A DNA stretch of 64,000 nt from Thalia democratica (taxonomy: Eukaryota), in contig OZ241830.1 of the NCBI GenBank assembly GCA_965202585.1, positions 8,432,001 to 8,496,000 on the forward strand, written 5' to 3'. The position numbers and the translations under genes are program-made. Below are positions 47,296 through 60,976 of this stretch, in pieces. The notes under the pieces were generated by a model. The model had not been told where the DNA came from, ran no database searches, and was given only the letters and a program-made list of their open reading frames with translations. How positions within the stretch are numbered: the stretch's first letter is position 1; each line of letters opens with the position of its first letter.

Positions 47296-49413
47296 TTTAG
47301 TTTATATTACTTCTGTAAATAAATGTTGTTTTATTGTTTAATGACAACTATACACTAAATAAAACAGGGTTAAGCATCATTTTATAATCAATAACCAATT
47401 TTGTTACAAATATTAGTACGTTGGAGGCTCTGTTTAAAAAAAAGTCTCTAGATTGCCAACACTCTATAAAACTTAAACAACTAAAAATTACTAATTTATA
47501 CTTAAAACTATAATGTGTTGTTATTAACTTAACATTGTATAACTCGTTGTGAACAATACAGACAAGTTCTTTATTTCTTAGTATAAACGAATTAAAGTTA
47601 GACACTTAACAAATTTAATTTTATTATAAGAGGCGATAACTAATAAATAGTAAGTTTTATACTTATTAATTAACGGTTGACTAAAAAAATGAAATTAAGA
47701 AATCCCGCTCTAAACCAACGTTATTTTACTTCCTATAATAAAGCTTTTGAAACAAATTTTTTTTTACTTAAAGATAATTTCTACAGTTTATTCTTGGTTA
47801 AATTTTGTGAATAAGGGATAAAGTACATCGGCTAGCTGTATTTCTTTTTTTGTTTTTACCTATCAAGGTCAATTATTTGTTTTAAAACTATTTGTATACT
47901 AAAAATGGACTAACAAACTTTTATTTTCAAAAACTTGGAAGATATTCATACAAGTTTGAAAAAAGTTTCACAAAACCTTTAGTAACCCTGTAAATATTTA
48001 AAATTTAATTACATTAGTTTCGTGGTTGCTTTGTTAAAGTGACATGGTTAATATTTAGTGAATTTTAAAAATTTTAATACCAAAAGATTAGTAATAATGT
48101 TATAATATCATTAGTAAAATTTCTTAGTAAAAGAATTTAAAGATTTTCTTTATTTAAACTAATTTTTTTATTGCCAAAAAAAAAGAAGTTTACTGATAAC
48201 TAATGTTGATATTAAATAATACTTATGTAAAACACGAATAAATAGAATGTGTTAAAAAACCATGCAAACAACAATAATGATATAAAAACTTTACTTTGAA
48301 TGTTCTAGTAAAAGGGTTTACAACCTTCAAGCACAATTAAATTCAAGAGAAAATACTTGAAGAAATGTTAAAAAAATACTAAATAAAAGAACATGTTAAA
48401 AAGATAACTTCTCAATAAACAACAAATAACACAAATGTATAAATGAACTACATATTAGCAACAGTAAAGTGGTCTAGAAATAAATGTCACTGCCCAAATT
48501 CAGTATACATAGTTTGCTAACTTTTCAAAAATTTTTTACTCATTTTTTTGTCAAAAAATTGTAAAAAAATTAAATTAAAAAAATTTGAATTCAATTAAAT
48601 CTTACTTAAATTAAAATCTAGAGTTTAGATATTCTGCAATTTTAAAAGTTCTTAAATCTACAAATCTATCCTGAGTATCCTGGGCCTCGGTAATCCATGT
48701 TACAAGTTACTTTTTTCAAAGAAAATCAAATCATATCTCCCTAATTTTATTATATTCAATAAAAAAAAACATTTTCTTCTCCAAAACTTTAACAAATTTG
48801 CATCAAAAGTTGATTAAATTTATTTATGTCATGATTTAGAAAAGAACCTTATATATTTTTGATAACTTACTAAGAATATAATTCATAACTTCAGATTTAC
48901 CCTTTAAATTTTAACTAATATCAAAAATTCTTTAAAAAGTTTGCCACTCTAATTGTAAATCAAATCAAAATTCCAGGTCTTTATTGTTTTATTCTACTTT
49001 TTATATTTCTCATTTGTTAATTTCAGGTTTTTTTTAGGTTAATTTTCCAGCCTGTTTTGTTATACATCAGTTGGTAAGTAAAGATTCTCATACTTTATTA
49101 ATAAAAGAAGCAAACCCGAGTTCATAAGTTTACCCTGAATTACATCATATTATCCTTAGTTGATAAGTTACTTTATAAGCATAGTTTAAATAAAAAACTA
49201 ATAATAGTTAATGTTAATCAAGACTAAATATCTAAAAGTGTTCGTTTGATAATAAAAAAGATAGACAAATCTACCCAACTTTAATAAAAATTTTCTAACC
49301 TGAGATATATTATATTTTTTGTAAGGACAAACTAGCCTGTATAACCTGAGAAAGGGACAGTCTACTTAGACTTATACATTTTACAGTCATACAATACAAA
49401 TAGTACTAGTTAG

Positions 49414-49644
49414 TTGAAATTTTAAGTTATAAATAAAGTTACAATAAATAAATTATTTTAAGTAACAGTTTGATAAGAATTTTAGAAATAAATGAAAGTA
49501 TAAATTTTTTCCACACTATGTTAGTATTTATGTAACATAGTGTGGAAAAAATATTATACTTTCATTTATTTCTAAAATTCATATCAAACTGTTACTAAAA
49601 ATAATTTATTTATTGTAAACTTTGTTTATAACTTAAAATTTCAA
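49414..49644. repeat. 231-bp near-perfect AT-rich hairpin (~110-bp arms, 9-nt loop)
   Basis: ttgaaattttaagttataa...ccacactatgtta | gtatttatg | taacatagtgtgg...ttataacttaaaatttcaa. Confidence 0.9.
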
Positions 49645-49732
49645 GAAACTAATAAGTTGAACAAAATTTTAAAGTATATATTTCTGTAAAATATTTATAT
49701 ACGTAAGTAACAAACATCTTTTTTTTAATTTG

Positions 49733-50274
49733 CAGGGTTGAAAATTTTTGTGATCAAAAAGCTGTCCTGAGTGAACTTAAACTGTCTTGAGTCATCCAGA
49801 CTTTTTTAAATTCTTAATAAAACTAACTTTAACTTTTAAAAATTAATAAAAATCAAGTTTTTCTACTATACTTGTTATAACTGAAAAAAATTTAACCATA
49901 ATCATTTAATCTCATTCTAAATCTAGAATTTTTTTTGAGATTATTTATACAGAAAAAAATATCCTTAGTCATCCTGAGTTTAAAAATTATTCAATATGTT
50001 CTGAGTGTGCCGAGGTACACAAACAAAATCCACCCGCGTTCAAAATCCACCCGTTCAAAGTCCACCCTGTCTAATTCGAGAACCGCTTACCGATCGAGGG
50101 TAAGGGTTAGGGGTAACAGTAGTAGTGAAAAAACAATAAACAATATATTCTAAATATATGAAATAAGTTAAAAAATACAGAATATGTAAAAAAAAAACTG
50201 GGTGGATTTTAAACGGGTGGATTTTGATTGGGTGGATTTTGATAGCATACCGTCCCGAGTGTGTGGTAACCCTG
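49733..50274. mobile_element. CAGGGTT-type MITE with a nested MITE (50014-50251)
   Basis: Outer ends cagggttg...gtaaccctg; relatives at ~28530-28838 and ~46490-46870. The inner element has GGTA...TACC ends, three AAATCCACCC-type subterminal repeats per end, and a central agggtaagggttaggggtaa. Confidence 0.6.
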
Positions 50275-52377
50275 AATGTGTACCAAGTTTATACTTAAAA
50301 ACCTAGTTTGAACCAAAAACTTTTTTTTTTTAATAAAAATCAATAAAACTGTTATATATAATTTTTTTTTTGATGTTACTTATTTTATAATGTTACATAA
50401 TTTTTAATAATACTGATGATACTACCCAAACATACTTTGCATAAATATGTATTAAGTTTGTACTATATTAAATTTTTAATTTAGAGTTAATTTAAAACAA
50501 TAGTTAAACTTTTGTCAATATAAATCACTATAGTAAATTAAACTAAGTCTTAAAAAATATTTAAAAAATCTAAAGATTTATTCTACTTCCTAAATTTTAT
50601 ACTACTTTTATAAATTATTTAAATATTTATGAAAAATATTCACACTGTCAATAATTAAAAACTACGGGTTGTTTCATGAGTTTTTTCCTAATTTCTAGGC
50701 TTTTTATTTTCAATAAACAAAAAATACCTTACTTTTGAATTACAGGTTTTTTGGCCACCCTATGTAAAAAATTAAAAATGACATTACGTTCAGTATAAGT
50801 TTAAAATATGGTTGCCTCTCTAAATTTTAAAACTGTTTTAAAAGGCAAAAACTATACTTTGTTACCTAAAACTAGCCTGAAATGTACTGATTATTTAATC
50901 TCTTAAAAATAATGCTTATTTTCACAATCATACCTTATAATTTTTTTTATTTAAATAATAACAAAAATCATTTAAATTCAGCAAATTATAATGTTTATCA
51001 CATTTATGCTGTGATAATTTGTCAGAGTGTAAAAAGAGATAGCCACAGGGATAAAAGAAAATTAAGTTGACTTTTATAATGAAGTCTATAATAAAATTTG
51101 TTATATAAAAAATACAAGGAATAAAAAAGCATTGTTACTTGTTAATTTTATTATCGCTTAATATTTATAAAACAGTTCAGAAAATTAAAAATATTTTAAA
51201 CTACTGAGAGTTCTTTGTGAAAAACTTAGTTATCATTATTTAAAAAAATGTTTTAACTAGACTTTAGTGTTTTGAGTTGTCAAAAATGATTTAAAACTAA
51301 AAAAAAAAACATCCAGAGTTATTATGAGTGAACTTAGTATACACAGTTTGTGTCTGCCTTACTTGATAAGTATAAAAAATAATCTGAAGTTTAAGAGGCA
51401 GCAGTTGTTTATTAAAATTTTGAAATTTTCACAGAAGTATTTAATACTGCTATATACTATTTTAATCTAAACCAAGGCAAAAATTTTTTTTAAAAATGTT
51501 TAAAGTAAAAAATATTGTTGAACAATTGCTGCCTCTTAAAATTATTATAAACAAACATTTAATGAGCTGTATTTGTAAAGTTTTTACATTATTATATTTT
51601 ACTAATAAATATTTTTACTTGCATTACTACAACAAATGACTTATTAACTAAAGTTTAACTTTTTTTTGTTCTGCTTGACTAATTTTATATATATTAATAT
51701 TCATAACACAATAATCTAAGTAAATAAAACTGAAAAAAGCTGTTTGCAAAATACTAAGTCTTTTGAAACTAACTGGATCCGGACCCGGCAAAACTTCAGA
51801 TCCCGGCCGGATCCGATTTCGAATCATTTATTATTGATTAGGATCCGGCGGAATCCGGTAGATCACTTTGTTTATAATAATTTATAATATTTTATTAACA
51901 TGATAAAAATTTTCAATTGATATTAATTACAATAAGTAACAAACAATAATAATATATTAATTTGCCTCCAAATTACCAAACTTTTAAATAAAAAATTAGA
52001 ACTGATAGTAGTTGTCGGAATATTAAAGTATATTAAAAAACAAAAAGTTTTTAATGACGGTTAGTAGCACTAAAACTGTTTCTTGAAAACTAGAGCAGTT
52101 TAGAAAACAAATTTTAAATTTTATTCAAGTCAATTAAAACTTTTTTCGAAACTCAAAGCTTAATGATTAAATCTTAGTATAAATAACAGGATCCTTAAAA
52201 ACTGAAGGCTATAAAAGGGTAATGCTATTGCATTAAAAAACAAACAGAGTTTTGTTGGACGAAACCAAACTAAACGATGTTAGTAAACATTTTTAAACTA
52301 AAACTAGTACTATAAATGCTGCTGTCATGTTTTATTTGTTAAATATTTTCATAGTATCTTGTTTAGACATTACTTTA

Positions 52378-53600
52378 GCTTAATTGAGCGCTGTTTTCCT
52401 CTTGTTGCTGAGACTAAGAATTGTTTTAAGTTTGATTTCATTTCTGTTAAAAAAAACTTTTGAGCAACGAATTGAATATAGACTTCTATTGAGCTACAAG
52501 TATTCAACGCAGTAGATAGCTGGTTAGCATATAAACTGACTAAACTTAGCAAACATGCAAATTATCTTCTGTCTAAAGTTCGTTATTCGTTGCTGACCGT
52601 TACGGCTGTAAGCATCCTTTTAGAAGTAACTTTTATTATAAATGCTAGAACTATTTAAGTAGTTATAGATAACAAAGATAATTCTAGTTCAACAAAACTG
52701 TTTAGAAAGCACTGCAGCCAAAATGATTTTTACATAATTATTTGTGGAGATTTTTCTGGAGAAACGAGAAAAGTTTAAGAAATGCGCGCTTAATTCAAGC
52801 AGGCAATATTAAAAGTGCAATAAGTTTACCGAAAACTAAATAAAAAACGGTATGATTGTGAAGCAGTGTACATAAAAGGGGAAGTTTATACGTTCGGCGG
52901 TGTTGATCGAACTATATTCGACACATATAGATAGTCATTGGAAAAATTCTCCCTTGCTATCAACAAATGGAAAAGGTAACATGTATGTGCGGCAAATGTA
53001 TATCTTTTTCTGCCAGCCCTTTATGCACAGAGTCTATATTATTGATTGATACAAAAAAAAGGACATTTTGTAGGAAAGAACTTCACTGCAACTGGCTTTC
53101 GGTTAAACATAAAAAGTCGCAAATGGAAAAGAATTTCGAGAATAAGCGAAACAAGAAGTTATGCAGTTTGATCGATATTTTAAGAACGATTTGTCGTATC
53201 TGCTGGGAATATTTTAGACATTTCTAACACTGCTGAGGCATACGACTACGCAGCTAATACATGGTCAAAAATGCCTTGCATGAACGTAAGTAGGTGGTTT
53301 CACTAATCAGTGGCCTTAAAGAACAAACTGCTTATAGTTGGTTGAGGTTCAGTACACCTAGTTGCAAAGATCCAACAAATTGTTCTTCTGAAAGATCCTC
53401 TGGAACGTTAGAGACCAGAAACGTATATTCTTGTTGAAATAACGTCAATTGAAAGTAAAATCGTTTTTTTTTATTGATAAAGGAGGCATTTTGTTTTTGA
53501 CGCTAAAACATTGAAGTTGACAGAAGTTGCTTATGTAGTAGCAACAGGCGTCCATTCCCACACCTGCGCAAAACTGCCTTGTTTTAAACAAATACAAAGA
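52378..53600 (+). pseudogene. BACK + kelch-repeat protein pseudogene (intronless, multiple stops and frameshifts)
   Basis: BACK-like LIERCFPLVAETKN...ELQVFNAVDSWL...YLLSKVRYSLLT. Kelch-like AVYIKGEVYTFGG...SLEKFS...W; NTAEAYDYAANTWSKMPCM; SVALKNKLLIVG. Several in-frame TAG/TGA/TAA. Confidence 0.8.
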
Positions 53601-54639
53601 AAGGGTATCAACAACTGCCAAACTAGATTTTTACTCAAGTGTAACTACCTTTTTTTTTTTGATTGGTCGTAGGATTTACAATATTTAAATTTACTTTAGC
53701 ATCCGTTTTTTGAGTATTTTTACTTTAAAATAACATTCTGGTTTGGTTTCTTATTGTTGCTGAAAAAAATTCTCTTCTTAAATTTGCTAACCTTTTAAAA
53801 CGAGCTTATTTTAACTTTAGTATATACAATGTTTTATAAGCATTAAATAAATTAAAACTTTTTTTTAATTAAAGTGTGTGGTACTGTTATATTATAGCAG
53901 TTGATTATTATATTACAAAAATAAACAAACTTTAAAATATATTACAACACTCTTTATACTATTTTAGTTGTAAATATATTTTTTGGAATATATATGTACA
54001 ATACGACTTTTAGAATTAATACCAAATTGTTCTATTAATAATTTCTAGTTTCTTGTTATTATTGTTATAGTTAAATACAAACTGATAAGGTCATTTTAAG
54101 TCTTGGACATCGACGTTATTTTTTTTTTCTTTTCGCTTTGCTTGTCCCAATTATGAATTTCTACTTAATTTCAGTAAAAAATAATTTTTGATAAACTATT
54201 TTTTAAATTAAAATACTTGCTTTTATAAAACATTGTTAAAACAAATAACAACAATGATCGCTTTTCGACACATAAAAGCAATTGAACTTTAACCGACACA
54301 TCAGGGGCGTCGCGTGGGCTGTTGCACCGCTGTAAATGCACCATCTAAAAATTTTGTATGAATAAGTTATGTATCTATAACGTTTTAGTTATTTTTTAGA
54401 ACAAAACATTTTATAAAACTTTAATATAGACAACGACCATTTTACTCACTACATTGCCGCAAACTCTTAGCAGACTGCCGCAAATGAACCAAAAAAAGAT
54501 AAATTTCTTCAAAATTACCGCAAAATTTATCTTGCGGTAAGTAAGCTAAGTTGGAAATTGCCTAAAAAAGTACAATCTTAAGTACTATTCCACAAGCGAT
54601 TGCAAACAAAAAATGAAAACAAAGCTATGCAGAGCAGAG

Positions 54640-54745
54640 ATAACTCGGGTAGAGGCAACTCGAGCAAAGGCGATTCGAACAAAAGCAACTCGAACAGGGA
54701 CAACTCGAATAATGGCAATTGGAGTAGGGCAATTAAAGCACCGGC
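54640..54745 (+). repeat. Seven degenerate 15-bp tandem units (gcaactcgaacaaag-like), probably the subterminal repeats of a MITE
   Basis: Periodic aactcg/attcg/aattg cores every 15 nt, ending gcaccg. Confidence 0.6.
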
Positions 54746-56719
54746 AACTTACTTTTTTTTTCTGCTGAAGAAAAATACCACGCAACGCCATTGCGACACA
54801 TCAAAAAAAAATTAACATCTGGTAATAATGCTAAAAGTAGCTTTTAGCCAGGTGATCGTGTGTAATAATTATAACAGTGTATATAAGTAGTTGACTAAAA
54901 CAACGAGTAAATCATTTTGGCTCTGTTCGAAGCAGAAAGCAGTTCGAAGACAGTTGCTGGCGGTTTAAACGTGAGCTGCCATCTTACAAACCTAGCCGAG
55001 TATTCGGCAAAAACTTCTTATTTAAGTATTCATTTGTTTTGTCAATAACATTTACTCTTCACTTTATACTTTTTCTTTATTACTTTGTAGTAGTTATATG
55101 TTATTTAGTAGAAATTTCCAAACTTGTTTAAGTCAATTTAAAATTGATCTCTGCGGAATAAGTCCACGCATTTAGTGGAACAAAATTAATATTTTGTTTC
55201 TTATTTACGAATTTAAGCATCATAACTTTTTTAAGCGCGCGCTCTACACCCGGTATAATGAGGAAGCATAAGTACTCTTGTCCTGGACCAGTAGGTGTTA
55301 CATCAATCCTTTAAGCACAACTAGAAGTCGTCGACTGTAAGAAGCCTTCTTAAGTAGACATTTTTAAATTGCTAAACTGCTTTTGTGGTGTTTCTTATTT
55401 TACTGTACAGCAGAGCAAAAATAAACTTGTTTTTATAAACTTAATTTAAATCAGGGGATCAACTTAAAAACAAGATTGCCCCAAAGCTTATCTTATTTAA
55501 TCTTTATCTTATCTTTACTTATCTGGCGTCGAGACTGCCGAATGACTTCCGTAGACTGCGGAAGTTTCACATAAAACCCAAGTAGCTCAGAAAACAGTAC
55601 AAGCATTTACGACTAACGAAATACTAAATAGACATTTTAACTTAATCTTTAGTAGTAGTACTATGACTTATTTGTTCATTTTTATAAAATAATTTGATAA
55701 ACTTATTTTAGCTTTAGGTTAATTTCTTTTAATTTTTTATAAAATTTAAAATTTCACTGTAATACAGCTTAGTGATTTTAGCCAAGGTAATATCATTGTA
55801 TCTTTAAATAATAAAACATTTTTTTGTTAGACAAAATTTAGTTAAAAATATTAAAATTCACTATATAGAAATCATGATCGAAATGGTGAAATTATAATAG
55901 TACTAAAAGAAATAGTGAAATGACGTGTGCGTTTATGCCATATTAAAATTTAAAAACTATCAGAATAATATATTAAGCTCAATATTGTTCATTACTGAAG
56001 GACTATATAATTAAAAATTTCAAAGCTTTTGGTTTTTCTTATATTGTTTACTGAAAAATCAAGTAAACAAGTTTACAATAAACTTGTATTTTTGTTATTT
56101 GTGTGCTATTTACTAGAGGTCCGTAGTTATCTTCTCAGTATTTTCGTAATAAATATATTTTTTTTGGATAATTTATTATCTAAACCTTACATAACCAAAG
56201 GCATATTAAAACAAAAAAGCAAAAAAAAAAGAATGTTGTACAAAAATTCTTTCCAGGACACCTCTATTGATTTAACAGTAAAACAAAAACTAAGTTTATA
56301 AAAAATTAAAATTAAGCATCAATATATATACTAAAGCAAAAACTTATACAACCTTAAACTCTAACTTAGTTGTACAATAAAAACCTGCTGTATTTACTCT
56401 ACAACAGAAATATATCTAGTTGTTTTTTTTATTTATTAACTTCTGATACACTGATTTATTTTATTTTAACATGACTATAAGAGACAATTTATCATTACAC
56501 AAAAGCAAAATAAAATTGTATAGAACACTTTTTAACTCAGTCTAAACTCTAAAAGATTTTGTTCTTTTAAACTTTGAATGCTAATGTTAAGTGAAAACTA
56601 TGAAAAAAATTCAGATATATAGAATGCATAAAGAATTTTTTTAAAGTAAAAATATTTAATAATTTTAGTTTTATTTCTAATAGTATTTAAGAACACTTTA
56701 CATCATAACGTAACAATTT

Positions 56720-59700
56720 TTATATCGACTTTACTTTAAGAATTTTAGTCGGGTACTTCTCATTCCCCGTAGTTTGCATCATCGCCCTTAAATACGCAAC
56801 AACACACTCAACTGCTTCAGTGGGCATGAAAACGCGTTCCTGGTGCGCGTACATCAGCTTCGATGCGTCATTCTCCTCATCAAACAAACTGAAGTCGCCT
56901 TCATCTTCAAAGTTCACGCAATACCTCTTGTGGTGGTAAAGGTACAAGGCAGGCTTGCTCGTCCATCGCTGCAAGACTTCGGGGTTCAGGAAGTGCTCGT
57001 GCCGCTCGAGATCGTGATTGAGGAAGTAGATCCACCACAGTCCGGAGTTGTTTGCTGTCGGTCCGTGCAGAGCGCTGTACAGATCATCTGAAGATTCCGG
57101 TCTCTTCTTCACTTTCGAGAGGTCGCTTGTGAGAAAAACGGGCTTTTTGTGTTCCAAAGGTTTCGTGTCTTTGTTGTCTGTAAAGTACTCTATGTAAGAT
57201 TTTGTAACTCGTATTGGAAAATCGTGGGTGGAAATAAAAAAAAACACAATTGTTGTACAAATAAAACTATTATTTAATGCTATTTAGTTTTTCAGTGTTT
57301 AAACAGTTTATTTTCGGTAAAATTCAATTAATTTAATACGCAACAAAAATTTATTTCAAACTAGATTTTTTTTTATAAAAATCAACAGATAAAAAGATAT
57401 CAAATTAATATAGCCAATTAAAAATCCCTGAAATACTCGCTATGAAACTTTAAAAGCGTATAATAAACTAACTTTTTTTTATATCATAGTGACTTTTAAG
57501 ATGAGTCAACTCTATTCTTGAATTTATTGGTTTTGTTTTGTCATACTCTAAACAAATTGACTTTCCCCACTCAATAGTTGCCAGAATGATCATGTGACCT
57601 GAATTTTCCTCGATCGCTGTTAACATCAGTTCGAATTCGTCATCTCTATCAAATTTAATTGCTTCATCTACATTCACACTCGCTGTTGGAAAGTCTTGAA
57701 GCTAAAAGAAAAACAATTTTTTACCAAATTTTCTACTTTACAGCTGTGTTTGTTATTGCGAATACACTCACTAGGACATGTGTGATGGAATATTTTGAAG
57801 TCGCTCCTTCTATAGTTACAAATGATTTGTCATCATACCATGGTTGTGTGTAGTTATCGCAGTCAATACAGTATTTCTTTCCTTTGTGTAGATTGATCAA
57901 GCTGCCATAAGATCTACAAAAAAATTGCTACAATTTCTATTTTAAACAATAAGAACTAAAAATTTACTTAATTTAGAATCATTAATAAAACGATTAGACT
58001 TTGTGAAAAGCAAAACAAAATATTTTCAATTTTTTTAATTTATACTATTTTAGAGGTTAACTTTTTTATTAATCGTTCTTAAAGATATCTGTATTTTTTT
58101 TAAAGTATAAAAATAAGTTTAAAAAAATGTATTAAAAATTCTGTATTTTGCACTGCAGTTTCATGTTTTATTTTTGCTTGAAAAGGTCGCAATCTCTTGC
58201 CACCGAAACCGGTCGCGAATAAAATATAAAATTTGCATAAATCTATTTATATAAGCTCTTTTTATCCCAGTAAATTGAGCATTCTTTTCTAGTTAAGGCA
58301 AATAACTATACAGTTATCAAATTATATAAATAAGTTATTCAAAATTGCTCAAAAAAAAAACTAAAGCACAAATTGCTTTAGGGTAGTTTATTCATTTAAA
58401 GCGGGAACGGGTTAAATATGCAGGAAGACATTTTAGCACGAGAGTTAAAAATTAATAAAATAAATTAAAAAGAAAAAATAAGAAATACAAAAACAAAACA
58501 AAATAAATAAAAAGGTTAATTAAAATAAAAAAAAGTTACCGACCGATGATAAAGGTTAGAGACAACAGTTAAGTAAAAAAAAAATAAATAAAACATAATA
58601 AAAATTATATTAAGCTCTAAAAATAAAAATAAACAAGAAAACTAAAACAAATATAAAAATAAAATATAGAAAAACAAAAGATTAAGACGAAAAATTTACC
58701 GACATCAGGTAAAAGTTAGGGGTAATGGTGATAGTAAAAGAAGTTAATAACTCACTTTAGGCAATAAAAAAAAAGTAATAATACAAACATTTTCTACCTA
58801 TGTAAAATTGTTCCTTCGTGCGAAACTTACTCCGTGTAAAAATGTCCCTTCGTGCAATTCAGACTACTACCTATTTGAAGCAGACCATGGCAATTTTTTC
58901 CTATTTATCTAGTTTAATATTTAATTGTGCTCTGCATTCCTATAAACTGATATTGTAGCCAGAAGCGCATGTTAGGTATATGATACAAAATTTTTTGAAT
59001 AAGATACAATAACATTCTAGCATATTAATAGTTTAAATTAGTTTAGCCCATAATTTAAAGTAACTTTATAGTAAACTATATTTAGTATATAAGCTTCACT
59101 TAAACTTAATTTGTATTCAGTGTTTGCAAAAATTAAAGTTTCAGCCATTTACTCACGGAATTAATTTTTTTGTAAGGAGTTAGAATATAACATAACGCTT
59201 ATAGAAATGACTAATTAGTAAAAAAGTTTCTCTTCTCTTTTCGATTATCAATAAAATAAATAAATTAACTTACATTTTATTTTGCCCTTCGCGAAAGACC
59301 AAGTCGGCTTTTTTCAGCGCTTGAATCCATCCTACCGTCCAAACTTCACCTTTACAAGTTGGCGGGAAAGCAACTGTTGCCTTGGCTGAAAACACAGAAG
59401 TAGAGTACCCAAAACAATGTTCAGTTTCTTGAACCATAACAAAATCGTCTTCAGCGCTGTGCCTTGCTGAGATGCACGCGTATATTTTTCCCTTTATGGG
59501 ACTTTTTTGACACTCGTCGATGCTTAGAGGTTTTTCCTTGCTAAGCCAGGGGCTACAAAATGCCCTGGTGAAAATTTCTGGTATGTCGGTAGATTCATGT
59601 ACGCGCGCTTTAGTAACTTCAATGAGCTTTTTAAGCTTTGGGTAAGAGATTTTAGTCGATGGAGTTAACTGTTCAAGGGAGTATTCATCCAAAAATTTTT

Positions 59701-59943
59701 TAAGAAAACTATCTACTTGTGAAGTTTTATATGACGGAAAAGCTTCTTTTACGTCACAAGCGTTAACAAATCGCTTAAAAGAATATCGGGGCACTCTGTA
59801 CTTTACCTTTCGACTAAGCTTCGGGTTTAGATAAATTATTCCGTTCAAAAAATCATTTTCCTTTGAGATTTTTTCATTTTTATTTTGTGATGAATTTTGT
59901 TTAAGCTTGTTCTCATCATCCGGTCTGTTGCACTCAACCAGCA
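56720..59943 (-). CDS. FAM78: FAM78-family domain exons with a C-terminal extension
   Basis: Exons 59943-59274, 57913-57772, 57701-57473 and ~57177-56720 (last acceptor ambiguous, but all candidates are phase 1). Motifs FSAKATVAFPP...EVWTVGWIQA, DCD...PWY, FDRDDEFELMLTA...IILATIEW and ALHGPTANNS match FAM78A/B (FKASARVVMPP...ETWVVGWIQA, DSD...PWY, IKRDQSFTTWLVA...IILQTIKW, ALVKPNANDA). Confidence 0.82.
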
Positions 59944-60015
59944 CTGAATTAAAAAAAAAGTTAATTAAGGCAATAACAAAGCGCAAAAGCGTTTAAAAAC
60001 ACCTAATTTACTTAC

Positions 60016-60976
60016 AATTTAAAATGTACAAAACATAACCATAACCTTGTTTAGGAAGTATGTTTCTGTATTCTAAAAACGGTGAACGATCATAAATTTT
60101 ACTTTTATTGATTTTCTCACTGTGATATCTGGCCCAATCAGTTGCAATCATTAACATCAGCTTGCCTAAAAAATGTTTTGAACATTAAGAAGTGTTTTGT
60201 TTTTAAAAACTGATGCATTACAAGTTGCTTCTTTTTTTATAACAAGTTTTAGCTATAAGTAAATGAATAGCTAAACATTAAAAAACTAAAAGAAAAGCAA
60301 CTCACTTAAATCATGTTGATCTTCATCAAATTTATGTACGGACTTTATTACATCCTTAACACTTGGTCGCAATTGAGGATCGACACAAAGCATTTGCTTC
60401 AAAACTTGCGTGTAGTAATTTTCAGAGCTCGAAGGAAATAATCCCTCATTTGCCCACATACAATATCTTTTATCAGTATTCGCAGCTATTTTCCAAGGAA
60501 AACATAAATTGTTTATATAAAAAATAATTATCCCAGCAGCCCAAGTATCACCTGCTTTGCTTCTAATATTACTACCTACTAACTCAGGTGCCTTGAAATC
60601 AGTATGGTCATGCAATTTCCTCATTAAACATGGTTTATCTGACACGTTGATTAGAACTAAATTGTTGTTTCTGTCAACCATCAAATTATCGAAACAAATA
60701 CTGTATTTGACATTTTCAAAACTGTTGTGTATAATGTTCAACTTGTATAACAATTGTTTGCACCATCTGTCTTTCAGTTTTTGGCTTGAAACTGTCAAAG
60801 AATCCAATAAAGTAACTTGGTTAATGCTCATTGTAAAATTAAAAACAAAGGTTTTGCTTGATACAACAGATGCTTTGATTTTCTGACGGCTTTGCTTGTT
60901 TGGATCTCTAGAATTTGACAACTTAATTAGCTGTATATGATTTAAGCAATTAGAAGTGTTTGGTAATAATAGCAAA
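60016..60976 (-). CDS. Pseudokinase exon (60976-60306) plus linker exon (60165-60016), in frame with the FAM78 exons
   Basis: Kinase C-lobe motifs FKAPE, GDTWAAG, FPW and DPQLRPS are present, but there is no HRD or DFG. Donor A|GTGAGT at 60305, acceptor ttttAG at 60166, donor T|GTAAGT at 60015, acceptor ttcAG at 59944; all phase 1. The 5' end of the gene was not found. Confidence 0.7.

Noticed and set aside
54960-55000. YY1-like GCCATCTT in a locally GC-richer patch (possible promoter)
   Set aside because: A single short motif with no linked transcript or exon evidence.
59944-59986. Apparent signal peptide MRFVIALINFFFNSVLVEC on the FAM78-like ORF
   Set aside because: It starts at TTG and is the translated polypyrimidine tract and acceptor (ttttttttttaattcAG) of an intron.
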